From: a virus
Lineage: Duplodnaviria; Caudoviricetes
IMG/VR virus record: IMGVR_UViG_3300037808_000674
Location: 1 to 36,615 of that record
DNA length: 36,615 nt
Direction: 5' to 3' (one strand)
The translations under genes and the position numbers were made by a program. This document shows positions 16,642 to 26,266 of this stretch, one piece after another; positions within the stretch are counted from its first letter, which is position 1, and each line of letters starts with the position of its first letter. The notes under the pieces were generated by a model. That model had not been told where the DNA came from. It worked only from the letters and a program-made list of their open reading frames with translations, and did no database searches.

Positions 16642-18290
16642 TACTCTGCCTCCACCTGACTATCTTCGGGGACGGGTGGAACGAGCGCGTTGATGGCTTG
16701 GCGAGCCATGAACTCATCAATGCTTTCGCCCGGCATCCTCTGGGGTATCGGAACTTGCACCTCATTGCCGTCCGGGGTGGGGACTGAAATCACCGGGGTG
16801 CCCACTTCGTCCTGGGCAACCACCGGGGTATCAATATCCTGGGCAGTCACCGGGACCGGCAGGTTTTTACCGACGAAACTTCTCAGAGCCTCCTGAGCGG
16901 CGGCTGCGTCCTGCAGCATGGTGCCCTGAAACCTATCAAAGTCAGCGCCGCCAACGTAGGTCTTCCCCTCCTCTGCCTGCAGGTTGTCCGGGTTGACCAT
17001 CTCTTGCACTACGTTCAACCTTCCCGCGTGGGTGTCTTCCTTTAGTAGCTTCATCCGACGTTCCCGCTCCGTAACAAACCAATGCTGGAAGTTGAAATAC
17101 TTCTGCTCTCCGGCGGCATCAATCGTGAACAGCGTAGACTTGACCAATCGAGCGCGGGCCATCTCTAGAAAAGCTTTGGAGGCTTTCTCTATTTCTCTGG
17201 CTTCCGCTGAGTTCATCTTGGTAATCAATGCGTCGAGGTTGGTGAAGTTGTCCCCTATCTCGTGCAGGTAAGGGAAAAGCCCGCTCGCGTGGCGTATCTC
17301 CCGGTTCACAATCTTCTCGCGTAAATCGTTGACCGTGGACACGGTGGCCGGGAGTGTCACCCCAGCCTCTCGGGCCTCTGCTACTTCAAGCAGGTACTCC
17401 GCGTTCCTGGGATCTAGGTTCTCATTATCTGTAAATTCGTCGCGTAGTGTTTCGCGGTCTTTGTAACCTACGCCCGGACCACTCAGCACCCGGTAGTATT
17501 CACTTTGGAACAAAGCAGACTGTGAACGGGCTTCGTTGTTCTCTCGGGTGGTTACCCGCATCTCCAGCCGTGGCCGCACCTCATCCCGCAGGCCCCTGTC
17601 TTCGATACTGAATACCCGCTGCCGCATCTCTGGAACCGTCAGGTCTTGCCTCATCAAATCATCGACGATATCCATCGCCGCGTCTTTGCGAGTCTTCTCC
17701 AGAATGTAGTTGTCCACACTCTGGCGTAGGGTTTCCGCCTGTCCCCCTGTCCAGCTAGGCCCCGTCCCCTCGGCAATTACCGGATACACGTTTTCATCGA
17801 GGTAGACGCCCCTCGACTGTTCGTCCATTGATGCGGCAACCTCTTTGCCCTCATTGATGGCACGCAGACGGTTGGCCGTAATGCTCTCAACCTGAGATCG
17901 CCGCACGCCTTGGGCAATGCCCACCCGGCCACGCTCCAGCGAACCCTCAAGACGCTCGTCGAACATCCCTTGGAACTTCGGATACCGCAGACCCTCGCGT
18001 GCTTCTCTCGCGATCTTCAACGCCCCATCGGCATACATCTTGTTCCGGGCGTTGTGATCCGGGTTAGCCTGCACCTCCATGCTCAGGTCATTCAGAGCAC
18101 GGCTAGCCTCGGCCACGGAACCAGACACATTGGCACTCATCTCCTGCTCAAAGAGTTCGCCCGCCATGTCGCCAATGCCGCCCACGGCTTGGCCCAGTGC
18201 CTCCATGCCTTCGCCACCACCGAAGTCGCGAGGGACTGCACGGCGGCCTAGCCCTGCCGGGTCTGCCAGTACCTGGGGAATCTTGGGCAT
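16641..18290 (-). CDS. Internal virion protein (T7 gp15-position, helical)
   Basis: MPKIP start and helical composition; lies between the small internal protein and the giant protein; translationally coupled. Confidence 0.7.
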   Translation of the reverse strand: MPKIPQVLADPAGLGRRAVPRDFGGGEGMEALGQAVGGIGDMAGELFEQEMSANVSGSVAEASRALNDLSMEVQANPDHNARNKMYADGALKIAREAREGLRYPKFQGMFDERLEGSLERGRVGIAQGVRRSQVESITANRLRAINEGKEVAASMDEQSRGVYLDENVYPVIAEGTGPSWTGGQAETLRQSVDNYILEKTRKDAAMDIVDDLMRQDLTVPEMRQRVFSIEDRGLRDEVRPRLEMRVTTRENNEARSQSALFQSEYYRVLSGPGVGYKDRETLRDEFTDNENLDPRNAEYLLEVAEAREAGVTLPATVSTVNDLREKIVNREIRHASGLFPYLHEIGDNFTNLDALITKMNSAEAREIEKASKAFLEMARARLVKSTLFTIDAAGEQKYFNFQHWFVTERERRMKLLKEDTHAGRLNVVQEMVNPDNLQAEEGKTYVGGADFDRFQGTMLQDAAAAQEALRSFVGKNLPVPVTAQDIDTPVVAQDEVGTPVISVPTPDGNEVQVPIPQRMPGESIDEFMARQAINALVPPVPEDSQVEAE

Positions 18291-18826
18291 CAGTAGCCTC
18301 CCCCGCCGCCTATGTTCCTCATAATCATGGCGTCAGACACTTGGCTGTCCTTCGTAATGTTCCCGTAGGACGTTTTCCCGCCTGTGCCATAGAGCGACAG
18401 GGCCATGCCGCTCAGCTTGCCGGCACCCGAGAGCAATGACGCACCCGCCAACTGATTGCCCTGGCGGATCGCATTGGCTCCGTGCATTCGGTTCAGCCGC
18501 GCCGTATTGCGTCCCGCAATCGAAGCATTCAGCGCATTCGTTTCGTATTCCGCAGCATTCTGCACCAGACGCTCCAGCCAGCCCCCCTGCTCCGCAGTCA
18601 CCCCGCTCTTGCCTGCCATTTGGACGAACTGGCTCGACAAGGATCTGCGGGCGTGCCTGCGCTGCCTTCGCTCCTCGGCATTCCCTTCCATTTCCGCCAG
18701 CACAGCGTTGTACTCTGCGGCGGCTTGGGCGGCTCGTGCCTGGGCCTTGGCTGCCTTTGCGCCCATGATCGAGCTTGCAATGGTGCCAATGGCATTGACT
18801 GCCATGAGTGCGCCGCCTGCTGACAT
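18290..18826 (-). CDS. Internal virion protein (T7 gp14-like)
   Basis: Ala/Gly/Gln-rich with hydrophobic ends (AIGTIASSIMG...AAQAAAEYNA...SGV); follows tail tubular B. Confidence 0.75.
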   Translation of the reverse strand: MSAGGALMAVNAIGTIASSIMGAKAAKAQARAAQAAAEYNAVLAEMEGNAEERRQRRHARRSLSSQFVQMAGKSGVTAEQGGWLERLVQNAAEYETNALNASIAGRNTARLNRMHGANAIRQGNQLAGASLLSGAGKLSGMALSLYGTGGKTSYGNITKDSQVSDAMIMRNIGGGGGY

Positions 18827-18828
18827 AG

Positions 18829-21078
18829 CTATCGGTCCTGAGTATTCACTTGCGGCATGATTGCCGTGATCGTGCAGGGCAACGGAAGCGCGTGCTTCAA
18901 CGTCAACCGGCCCAACTGCTCATAACCCTCGGGCCACGGAAGAATCTCCGTATCCCCGTCAAACAACGGAAGCGCCGTACTCATGGGGTCGAATGAGTCG
19001 CGCAGGTGCAACTCGTCCATGTCCGCTGTCACAGCAGTCGGCCCATAGAGGAGTCCAGCACCCGTTTGATCCAAACGAATCACCACGTTCGTGAACCGCT
19101 TGGTCTTGCCCTGGGCTGTGCCGTCACTTGCCCCGGCTTCCAGGCGCATGGTCGTAAGTGTGGCTGAGTACGGCAGGCCAATGTGGATCTCGGTGGCTGC
19201 ACGGTCCAGCGTCACCGTCCCCGATGCCACTACCTTGTCCGGGTGCGTGGCCCCGTCTGCGAGGATAGAAACCGTCTGACCGTTCAAGTGCTCCAGCCCG
19301 GTCACCGAGCTCACACTCACACCTGAGTACGAAAGCCCCGAGTCAACGAAGAACGCAGACGCGACCGCATTCGTGCGCCTCCATTCGGGTTCCATGACTT
19401 CGACGAACCGCTTGGTGGCCCCGCCAATCGTGCGACTCACCACCAGCCAAAGCTGATCCTGGTCCCCGTCCGGGTGCGGAATGACCGCAATGCTCTCGAC
19501 CTTGGCGTCGGTGCCGCCCAGAGTGTGCCGGTGCCATGCCGTGACCTGCTGGCTCCGCTCGTAGGTGAAGCAAACCAAGTCACCCGTGGCAAGCGTGGCC
19601 CAGAGCAGCCGGTTGGGCTCCTGCTGGAACGCCAGCCGGGTCATGCCGCCCAGCGTAATGTGGTCGGCCAGTATGGTCATGTCCGGGGCCACATAGGAGT
19701 TCACAGCGTCATCGAAGACCAACTCCCGCAACTTCCGGCCTGCCCGCTGAACGAAGAGCAGAACCTGCTCCACGCGCACAGGGGCCACCTTGGTCTTGCT
19801 GCCATAGGTGGAGTGCCGAACAATCCTGACATTGCCGGGTGACAGTGCCTCACCATCCAAAGCCGCCGAGCAGATAAACTCCCCACCAGCGGTGCCAATG
19901 GTGAGCGCCTTCCCGGCATTGATCCACTCGATCACATTCACTTGGTCGGTGTTGATCGTGAAGATCATGGCCGACTCATCGAGGTCTATAATCTGGTGGT
20001 TCTCGTATTGTGAGGTTCTCGAGGCCCACAGGGTTTGCGGGTTGTTATCAGTCCCCGCCCACCACAGTCGGTCCTCGAAGAACGAGACTGTGCGTGGGTA
20101 TCCGTTCTTCCCCGTCCAAGCCCCATGTGCCCAGCGGTGCGTGGCATCCGCCGCCAAACCAGCCACGCTGTCGGGCAGCGTCTTCACCACGTCAGCGGTG
20201 GCCGTATACCCGTCCCCGGCAACGGCTGTGATCGTCACATACCCCTCGCCGCTGTGCAGGTACTCCCAGGAAAATTTCCCATCCAACTCAGTGCCCACGT
20301 CATGGATCGGGGCACTCGTGCCGGTCTTGGTTTCGCCGTTTTTGTTGGTGAGTTTATACACGTTGTTTTCAAAGTAGACGGTATCCCCCACGTTCAGAGC
20401 ACCCGAGTAAGCTGTGTTGTCAGAGCGGGGCTCCCATACCCCGTGATTGCTGCCGATGATCTCCGAGAGTTTGAACTGCCCGCCAATCATTAGGGTGGTG
20501 AAGAGAGCCGTAGAGGGGACCGTGGTGAGCGTAATGCCAAGCCCCGTTGTGGCACTTGCCCAGACTTCCACCCCGGTGTCCAGGTTCGTCGGCTCAAAAG
20601 GCACATAGTCGAATGCAATGATCGAAAGCGTCCAGTTGTCGTCTGCAAGCCTTACGAGTTTGCGCGGGTTCCAATCCGGGTGCGCGAGGTAAAGCACGTC
20701 CGCAGACTGTGCAAACTGAATCGAGTCCAGGGTCGCAGACGGGTATGGCGTGGCAATCTCAAAGACCGCAGGGCCAGCCCCGGCCAGCACCGTGCCGCCG
20801 TCCTTGTAGACCCGCATATACAGGTCGCCAAACTCGAGGACATACGCCTGGGTGGTCCCAAACTCAAACGGGATCAGCCGGGTGACGTTCGCGGAGGATT
20901 TCACCTCGGCCACATGGCGGGTGCCGCTGCGCTTGCGGGCTCCACCCTGCACCAACGGAATGAAGTTCTCCATAGCCGCGCAGCCGTTGGCATACTTCGA
21001 CAAGTCCACGCGACCATCAAGCGTGGGGCTGAGTTCGCCCGCGTTAAAACTCGTCTGGATCGTCGAGGCTTTTGCCAA
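18829..21078 (-). CDS. Tail tubular protein B / nozzle (T7 gp12-like)
   Basis: QTSFNAGELSP, RLIPFEF, FAQSADVLYLAHP, GYPRTVSFFEDRLW, VTAWHRH, GLEHLNGQTV. Probable TTG start at 21078 with SD GAGG. Confidence 0.9.
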   Translation of the reverse strand: MAKASTIQTSFNAGELSPTLDGRVDLSKYANGCAAMENFIPLVQGGARKRSGTRHVAEVKSSANVTRLIPFEFGTTQAYVLEFGDLYMRVYKDGGTVLAGAGPAVFEIATPYPSATLDSIQFAQSADVLYLAHPDWNPRKLVRLADDNWTLSIIAFDYVPFEPTNLDTGVEVWASATTGLGITLTTVPSTALFTTLMIGGQFKLSEIIGSNHGVWEPRSDNTAYSGALNVGDTVYFENNVYKLTNKNGETKTGTSAPIHDVGTELDGKFSWEYLHSGEGYVTITAVAGDGYTATADVVKTLPDSVAGLAADATHRWAHGAWTGKNGYPRTVSFFEDRLWWAGTDNNPQTLWASRTSQYENHQIIDLDESAMIFTINTDQVNVIEWINAGKALTIGTAGGEFICSAALDGEALSPGNVRIVRHSTYGSKTKVAPVRVEQVLLFVQRAGRKLRELVFDDAVNSYVAPDMTILADHITLGGMTRLAFQQEPNRLLWATLATGDLVCFTYERSQQVTAWHRHTLGGTDAKVESIAVIPHPDGDQDQLWLVVSRTIGGATKRFVEVMEPEWRRTNAVASAFFVDSGLSYSGVSVSSVTGLEHLNGQTVSILADGATHPDKVVASGTVTLDRAATEIHIGLPYSATLTTMRLEAGASDGTAQGKTKRFTNVVIRLDQTGAGLLYGPTAVTADMDELHLRDSFDPMSTALPLFDGDTEILPWPEGYEQLGRLTLKHALPLPCTITAIMPQVNTQDR

Positions 21079-21079
21079 G

Positions 21080-21640
21080 TCAGTACCTCGCGTTAATCCA
21101 GGCATCCTCCTCGAACGGCATGGGCGAAGACTCTTGGCCGTCTGCCTTCCGAGCCAAGCGCATAAGACCCTCGTATTCCTGGGTGGCTATCTGCCGCTTG
21201 GTGTTGCTCTGAGTCAGTTCCTCGCACAACTCCACAGCCAGACGCGCCGCCACTGCGCTCACGAGCAAAGCGTCCCACTGGTTGGGGTCTTCTTCACGCC
21301 GCACATAACGGATCGAGAGCGGTGTGCCTTCGTCCGAGAGGAGTTTCCTGCCCTCGACTACCCAGGGCAGCGTGGTGTCGTACACCTCGACCACGCGCAG
21401 ACAGTCGGCCGGAAGTTGATACTGCGCGTCGTACCCAAATGCGGGGTCATCGGCCAGCTTCGCCAACTTGGCGCGGGTAATGGCTGCATTCCAAGGGTGG
21501 GCGCGGAGTACCTCATCACGGATAAGTGTGTACGCCCCGTTGCAGGCCCGCGCCTGCTTTGAGTCGTCCGTGAGTGAAGTAATCCGCGCCTCGCCGACAC
21601 GGCTTAGCGCCCTGTTGCATATATCTACGCTGCTGGGCAT
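21080..21640 (-). CDS. Tail tubular protein A / adaptor (T7 gp11-like)
   Basis: VDICNRALSRVG...RDEVLRAHPWNAA...YQLPADCLRV...EGRKLL. Confidence 0.9.
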   Translation of the reverse strand: MPSSVDICNRALSRVGEARITSLTDDSKQARACNGAYTLIRDEVLRAHPWNAAITRAKLAKLADDPAFGYDAQYQLPADCLRVVEVYDTTLPWVVEGRKLLSDEGTPLSIRYVRREEDPNQWDALLVSAVAARLAVELCEELTQSNTKRQIATQEYEGLMRLARKADGQESSPMPFEEDAWINARY

Positions 21641-21664
21641 CCGCTATCGGCTCCCCCCTTGGAA

Positions 21665-22201
21665 TCAGTCGCCGCTGGTGTAGTAAAACTCGACCATGAG
21701 CGTCCAAGCCGTGTCCTGGTTGACCTCTGTTGGCGTCACGCAAAAGTCCCAGTCTTCCATCGGGTCGGTGGTGTACGAGGCTGCCCCGGCGGTTGCCAAC
21801 TCCCAGAGCGTCTTACCCCGGTCGAACTGATCCAGTGTCCCCGCCTCCGACCACACCGCGATCTGAGTGCGAGCGGAGGCTTTCACGTCGTAGGCACTAC
21901 TGAACAGGTCAGCATCCACCTCGGCACCGTCGTGGCTCGACCCTGTCTTGTAAAGGCCAATATCCACCAACCCCGTCGTGCCCGCGTCCGTGCAACTGAA
22001 GTAAATGTAGTTCAACCTGTCCGAGCTTTTGAACTGCTTGATACGGACCTGCTCTCCGACAGCGACCACCGCGCCCGGAGCGCATACGGCCTTTGCATAC
22101 CGTTGCCGTGCGTGCCCCACCCCCGCGCCAGCACGCAGTTGCGTGTCGAGCACTGAAGGTGTGGCTGAGCCCGCGTAGAGTTCCGAGTAGTATGTAGCCA
22201 T
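21665..22201 (-). CDS. Putative capsid decoration/minor structural protein
   Basis: Beta-rich 178 aa directly after the capsid gene; DIGLY...DADLFSSA motif; SD AAGGA. Confidence 0.6.
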   Translation of the reverse strand: MATYYSELYAGSATPSVLDTQLRAGAGVGHARQRYAKAVCAPGAVVAVGEQVRIKQFKSSDRLNYIYFSCTDAGTTGLVDIGLYKTGSSHDGAEVDADLFSSAYDVKASARTQIAVWSEAGTLDQFDRGKTLWELATAGAASYTTDPMEDWDFCVTPTEVNQDTAWTLMVEFYYTSGD

Positions 22202-22230
22202 GTTTTTGTTTCCTTGTTTCGGTGACGTTC

Positions 22231-22260
22231 AGGGACCGGCACGACTCCGCCCCGGTCCCT
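22231..22260. other. Intergenic hairpin after the major capsid gene
   Basis: Perfect 9-bp stem AGGGACCGG/CCGGTCCCT; no U-tract on the coding strand. Confidence 0.55.
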
Positions 22261-22277
22261 TCACATCATGGGTCGTT

Positions 22278-23144
22278 CTAAACGTCGGCCTGGATCTTTA
22301 CGACCTTGCCAAGCTCGAGGCGCGTGGCCCCGACAGTTGCCTTGCAGTAGACCTGAGTCGCGTAGCTCTTGTCTTCGCGCTCGCTGATCTTCGTGGTGAT
22401 GTCGTTCCAAACACAAAGGGCCATCCCGCTCTTTGCCCACATCGGGCACTCCGTGGGATCGGCCCCAGCACCGGGAATGCGCTCCGTGGTGATGAAGTTG
22501 ATTCCGAGGAATGAACGCACCCGACCGTCAACCAACACCTTGGTGGCATTGGAGTCGATGGTCTGGAGCTGGCTCATACCCAGGAGGTCTTCATGCTGCG
22601 CTGCACTGATCGCCATGTAAATCTGGTCACTGTCGAGATCGACCTCGTTCTCCATGAGAATCCGCTTGCCTTCCTGAAGCTGACCAATCTCCAGTTTGCC
22701 ACTCGATCCGGCTGACACGGTGTTACCCGAAAAGGCTTCGTCCGTGGTGCCGTTCTCGCCGGTCTTGCTCGTGGCAAAGAACGCTCCAAGGATTTCGTCA
22801 TCAATGGCGCGGCCCAGGGCATACGCCCCGTTGACGGCATACGGTGACTGCGGATCAATGAGCATCCGCACCTTGTCCTGATCGTCGATGAGGTCCGCCC
22901 ACTCGTAGTCCACCGGGAAGACCCAGCGTGCATCGTGAGGGGTGGAGATCAGCGGCGTGTCCGAGTGTCGCGTGGTCCGCTTGACTGCGTTGACTGCACC
23001 CACTTGCTCCACAGCTTTTGCTGCTTTGCCGGTGGCTGAACTGGTCATCACACTGTCGCGGAGTTTGGAACCCTTCTGCTGAAGCAGGTGGGCGACGTTC
23101 GTGTTGTATTGCTGCACAAAGGCAGTTGAGATTTGATCGCTCAT
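22278..23144 (-). CDS. Major capsid protein (BPP-1-like podovirus type)
   Basis: ISTAFVQQY...LLQQKGSKLR...ADLIDDQDKVRMLIDP...ALGRAIDD...FLGINFI...GATRLE; follows the scaffold. Confidence 0.92.
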   Translation of the reverse strand: MSDQISTAFVQQYNTNVAHLLQQKGSKLRDSVMTSSATGKAAKAVEQVGAVNAVKRTTRHSDTPLISTPHDARWVFPVDYEWADLIDDQDKVRMLIDPQSPYAVNGAYALGRAIDDEILGAFFATSKTGENGTTDEAFSGNTVSAGSSGKLEIGQLQEGKRILMENEVDLDSDQIYMAISAAQHEDLLGMSQLQTIDSNATKVLVDGRVRSFLGINFITTERIPGAGADPTECPMWAKSGMALCVWNDITTKISEREDKSYATQVYCKATVGATRLELGKVVKIQADV

Positions 23145-23153
23145 TAGGATAGT

Positions 23154-23303
23154 CCTCAGTGGCGCAGTTGCGCCTTGCGAGGCTTATCCGCCCATTAGCG
23201 GGGCCATCATTGAAAAACACGCGGCTTCCAGGGCTTGCCCGAGTGCCACCTCGGAGCCATTTCAGTCGGCTGGAAGGCTTGCCCGGTTGCCGTTGCCGGG
23301 GCC
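23154..23303 (-). promoter_or_regulatory. Structured 5' leader of the capsid gene with three repeated bulged hairpins
   Basis: Three GGC-stem-loop-stem-YAA-GCC modules at 23276-23303, 23232-23258 and 23181-23205; a proximal hairpin can pair with the SD GAGG. Confidence 0.6.
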
Positions 23304-23351
23304 GTGGTTCAATGGTCTTGCGGTAGTTCAGTCACTCCCTTGTCACAGAAA

Positions 23352-24200
23352 TCAATCGTTTGCAACCTCTGGGTGCGCTAAAGCGTGCAATCGCGTCATC
23401 CGGGCCTTCGCTTCCGGGTTTCCACCCAGGTACTGGCCCATGAAATCCTTATCAAGCCCGAGGTCTGCAATCTTGGCCTTCGCCGCTGCGGGTGTCATCC
23501 CGAACTGCGTGCCTGCTCCGTTGTCCTCTCCGGGCATTCCCTTGTGCTCCCCCAACCCCCGGCCAATCTCAGCCGAGAGTTCCAGCAATCCCCGCAAACC
23601 CAGCGCACTCTCCAGTTTGTCCATCTTCGCGTCGTCGAGGCCGAACTTCTGCCGAAACCGGGTGCCCGCGGCAATGTTCTCCTCCCACGCCGCGCCCCAT
23701 TCCTTACGCAGAGCCGCCTCGTCGGCACTGGCCTGCTCCTGGCGCTGGGTCTCAAACTCCTGGGTGGCCTGCTCGATCCGCCCGTTGTATTTCTCGTAGA
23801 TGCTCTGGGCCTGGGCTTTCGAGAGCCCCGCCTCGTGTGCCCAGCTTGCGAGATCCGGGGTCAGGTCAATCCCACCCTCGGGCACCTCGGGGCCGCTGAG
23901 TTCGTACCCCGCAGCGTCCTCGGGTCTACCTAGCTTTGAGTACACCGCGCCCCATGCCTCTGCGTCCTCGGCATCCTTGGGCAGGGTCAGCACGCTCTCG
24001 CCGGGTGCGCCCATAGCCTTCTCGAGGTTTCGGTAGCTGTCGAGCATCTGATCGGGGCCACTCCAGCCCTTGTTCTCCACATACCCCTGAGCGTCCTCGG
24101 GCAGTCCCTCCGTCCAAGAAGGCGCTTCCACGGTGACGCTGGGCGTAGCTTCGGTTTCGTTTGTGGCGACCTCGGGGGCTGCCTCGACGGCTTCACTCAT
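23352..24200 (-). CDS. Capsid scaffolding protein
   Basis: Acidic N-terminus; SYRNLEK, YSKLGRPE, HEAGLSKAQAQ, LRKEWG motifs; lies between portal and capsid genes. Confidence 0.85.
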   Translation of the reverse strand: MSEAVEAAPEVATNETEATPSVTVEAPSWTEGLPEDAQGYVENKGWSGPDQMLDSYRNLEKAMGAPGESVLTLPKDAEDAEAWGAVYSKLGRPEDAAGYELSGPEVPEGGIDLTPDLASWAHEAGLSKAQAQSIYEKYNGRIEQATQEFETQRQEQASADEAALRKEWGAAWEENIAAGTRFRQKFGLDDAKMDKLESALGLRGLLELSAEIGRGLGEHKGMPGEDNGAGTQFGMTPAAAKAKIADLGLDKDFMGQYLGGNPEAKARMTRLHALAHPEVAND

Positions 24201-24363
24201 GGCTCTCCTCCTGGCGTGTGCAACTCACGCCGCTGTCTGTCTGGTTCTCGTACCAGAGGGTTCCGCAATGCTTGCAACACAGATCGGGCTCGAAGTGGTG
24301 GGGGTGGGCGGCATTCGGGTGGCACCGGCACGGCTTGAACCTGTTCCCGTGGTCGCTCACCAT
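24193..24363 (-). CDS. Small Cys/His-rich protein (56 aa)
   Basis: MVSDHGNRFKPCRCHPNAAHPHHFEPDLCCKHCGTLWY...; fills the gap and its stop overlaps the scaffold start. Confidence 0.5.
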   Translation of the reverse strand: MVSDHGNRFKPCRCHPNAAHPHHFEPDLCCKHCGTLWYENQTDSGVSCTRQEESHE

Positions 24364-24374
24364 TGAACCGAGTT

Positions 24375-24620
24375 TTACCTCTCCGCTTCCGCTGCCGGCT
24401 CTTCGGTGCTCTGTGCCAGATCCCGATATCCCTGGATTCTCAGCCATACCTGACGCCTGCCCTCCAGTTGTGACGTGCCGTGCGAGTCCCCTTCGACGTG
24501 TGTCGTACTGTTCGCGTGGCAAAACCTTGCGAGATCATCCAGAACGGTCTTGGCCCTCTCACCGCCAAATGTCTCCTTGTATGCCTGACCACGGGCCAGC
24601 AGTTCATCCCGCAACGCCAA
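24375..24620 (-). CDS. Bbp19-like conserved podophage protein
   Basis: YKETFG...VLDDLARFC...EGRRQVWLRI, in the usual position just after the portal. Confidence 0.8.
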   Translation of the reverse strand: MALRDELLARGQAYKETFGGERAKTVLDDLARFCHANSTTHVEGDSHGTSQLEGRRQVWLRIQGYRDLAQSTEEPAAEAER

Positions 24621-26265
24621 CCCCGGCCTCCGCTGGGAGTGCCTGCTGGGCCTGGGCCATGTCCTTCATGGCAGGAGCCATCTGCTGCATACCCTCGAGC
24701 ATCTGCTGCTGCTGGGCCGCCTGCGCCTGCTGCTCTGCGATCTCTTCCATTTCCTCGGCGGTGTGCAGAATGTCGGTCGGTGCCCCATTGATCTCAGCCG
24801 CCAGTCGAATGACCTCGTGAGGTTTGAAAATGGCGAGAACGCTGGGATCGGCCTGGGCAAACGGGGCGGCTATCTCCAGCGTTCTCTGAATCCCCACGAG
24901 TTCCTCACTGCGCTGGAAGCGCATGGCAGGCGACTCGTAGGTGATTTCGTACTCGCCTTCGGCTTCCGCCAGGACACCGGGCAGTTCTGGCAGATAGCCC
25001 TGGCGGCCCAGAATGTTGAACTCGCGGTGAATCTGCGGGCCGAGCATCTCCGACTGCTGACGCCCCACCGTAGGCGCAAGCAGTTGCCCCTTTTCCTGGG
25101 CGCGGATCAATGCCTCGGTGGCCGTCATCTGCGGCTGGTCAACTAGGATCTGGAACAGGGTCACGAGGAACGCGTCGTTGATCGTCGTGCGCTCCTTCTC
25201 GAGCATCCCCTCGGTGATGTCGAGGCGTGCCCCCGTTTGAAGCGGCACCACCAGCGGTCTGCCCTGGGCATCGACCCCGCCATAGTTCAGCCCACCGGGG
25301 GTCAGTCTGACTTGTTTGGAGCCGGTGCCCAGGACTCCATCATCGTGCAGCAAAAGCGGCGGGTCCACAATCTTGTGGCCGCTGCGAATGAACGTCTTCT
25401 GCATCTCTTGGGCCATCTTGATGCTGGGAAGCACCAGCATGGCCGGGCCACGTCCGTACATTTCCGTGGGGTTCACGGTATAGCGACCGTACATATACGG
25501 GAACTCTTCGTACCCGCCTTCATCGACCATTGCCTTGTCTTCGATCGAAATGTGATACGACACCCAAGGCATACCCGCGTAGTCTTTGCGCTCTTGGTCG
25601 CGCTCCAGTTGCGGACTGACCACATGGAGAAACTCAAACTGCTTGTAGTGGTTGTCCACGGACTCGAAAGCCACAGCCACCTTGGGCGGCAACTTGTCCC
25701 GGCCCCACTCCTGAGCCGCTGCCTTCGCACTCATCGTGTATTTGCGGTACACGGTGTCCACCTTGCGTGCCGGGTCGAGTTCAATGAACACGCTGCCCAC
25801 ATGGCACTGCACATACCGCACGCCCAGACCGTCCTTGGGCTCGTCCACGAACAGGCACGCATTGCCGAATGCACCTAGCGACTTGTAGCCCTCGTGCATC
25901 TGAGCGTAGTAGCCTGCTTTGGGTGAGTTGCGGGCCTGGAACATGATCCGGCCCACCTCCTCAAACCACTTCTTGACGGCTGAGTCTTTGTTCAGGTCAT
26001 CGTTCGTGCTCCTCAGTGTGTGCCACTTTTGCGCCCTGGGCGTCAGCATGGACTCCATTGCAGCGGCGAACTTCTCGAGCGCCAGCGAAGCCGTGGCGTC
26101 GAAGATCTTCGTGCTCCGCTTCTCGCCTGGAGTGCGGGCCGTCAGGAACTCGTCGGCCGCAGGCCACACGCGCTCAGCCACCTCGGCCCAATGCGTATCC
26201 CAAGTGCTGCGCCTGCCCTCCAACTCGCGGAGTTTCCGTAGACAGTCCTCGACTGATTTCGCCAT
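24604..26265 (-). CDS. Portal protein (head-tail connector, T7 gp8/BPP-1 type)
   Basis: IFDATA, LGAFGNAC, GGYEEFPY, YGRGPAM, MTATEALIRAQEKGQLLAP. Confidence 0.95.
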   Translation of the reverse strand: MAKSVEDCLRKLRELEGRRSTWDTHWAEVAERVWPAADEFLTARTPGEKRSTKIFDATASLALEKFAAAMESMLTPRAQKWHTLRSTNDDLNKDSAVKKWFEEVGRIMFQARNSPKAGYYAQMHEGYKSLGAFGNACLFVDEPKDGLGVRYVQCHVGSVFIELDPARKVDTVYRKYTMSAKAAAQEWGRDKLPPKVAVAFESVDNHYKQFEFLHVVSPQLERDQERKDYAGMPWVSYHISIEDKAMVDEGGYEEFPYMYGRYTVNPTEMYGRGPAMLVLPSIKMAQEMQKTFIRSGHKIVDPPLLLHDDGVLGTGSKQVRLTPGGLNYGGVDAQGRPLVVPLQTGARLDITEGMLEKERTTINDAFLVTLFQILVDQPQMTATEALIRAQEKGQLLAPTVGRQQSEMLGPQIHREFNILGRQGYLPELPGVLAEAEGEYEITYESPAMRFQRSEELVGIQRTLEIAAPFAQADPSVLAIFKPHEVIRLAAEINGAPTDILHTAEEMEEIAEQQAQAAQQQQMLEGMQQMAPAMKDMAQAQQALPAEAGVGVAG

Positions 26266-26266
26266 T

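Noticed and set aside
21665-22280. Capsid read-through or frameshift extension into the downstream gene (T7 10B-like)
   Set aside because: No slippery site seen before the TAG, and the downstream gene has its own SD and ATG after a 76-bp spacer.
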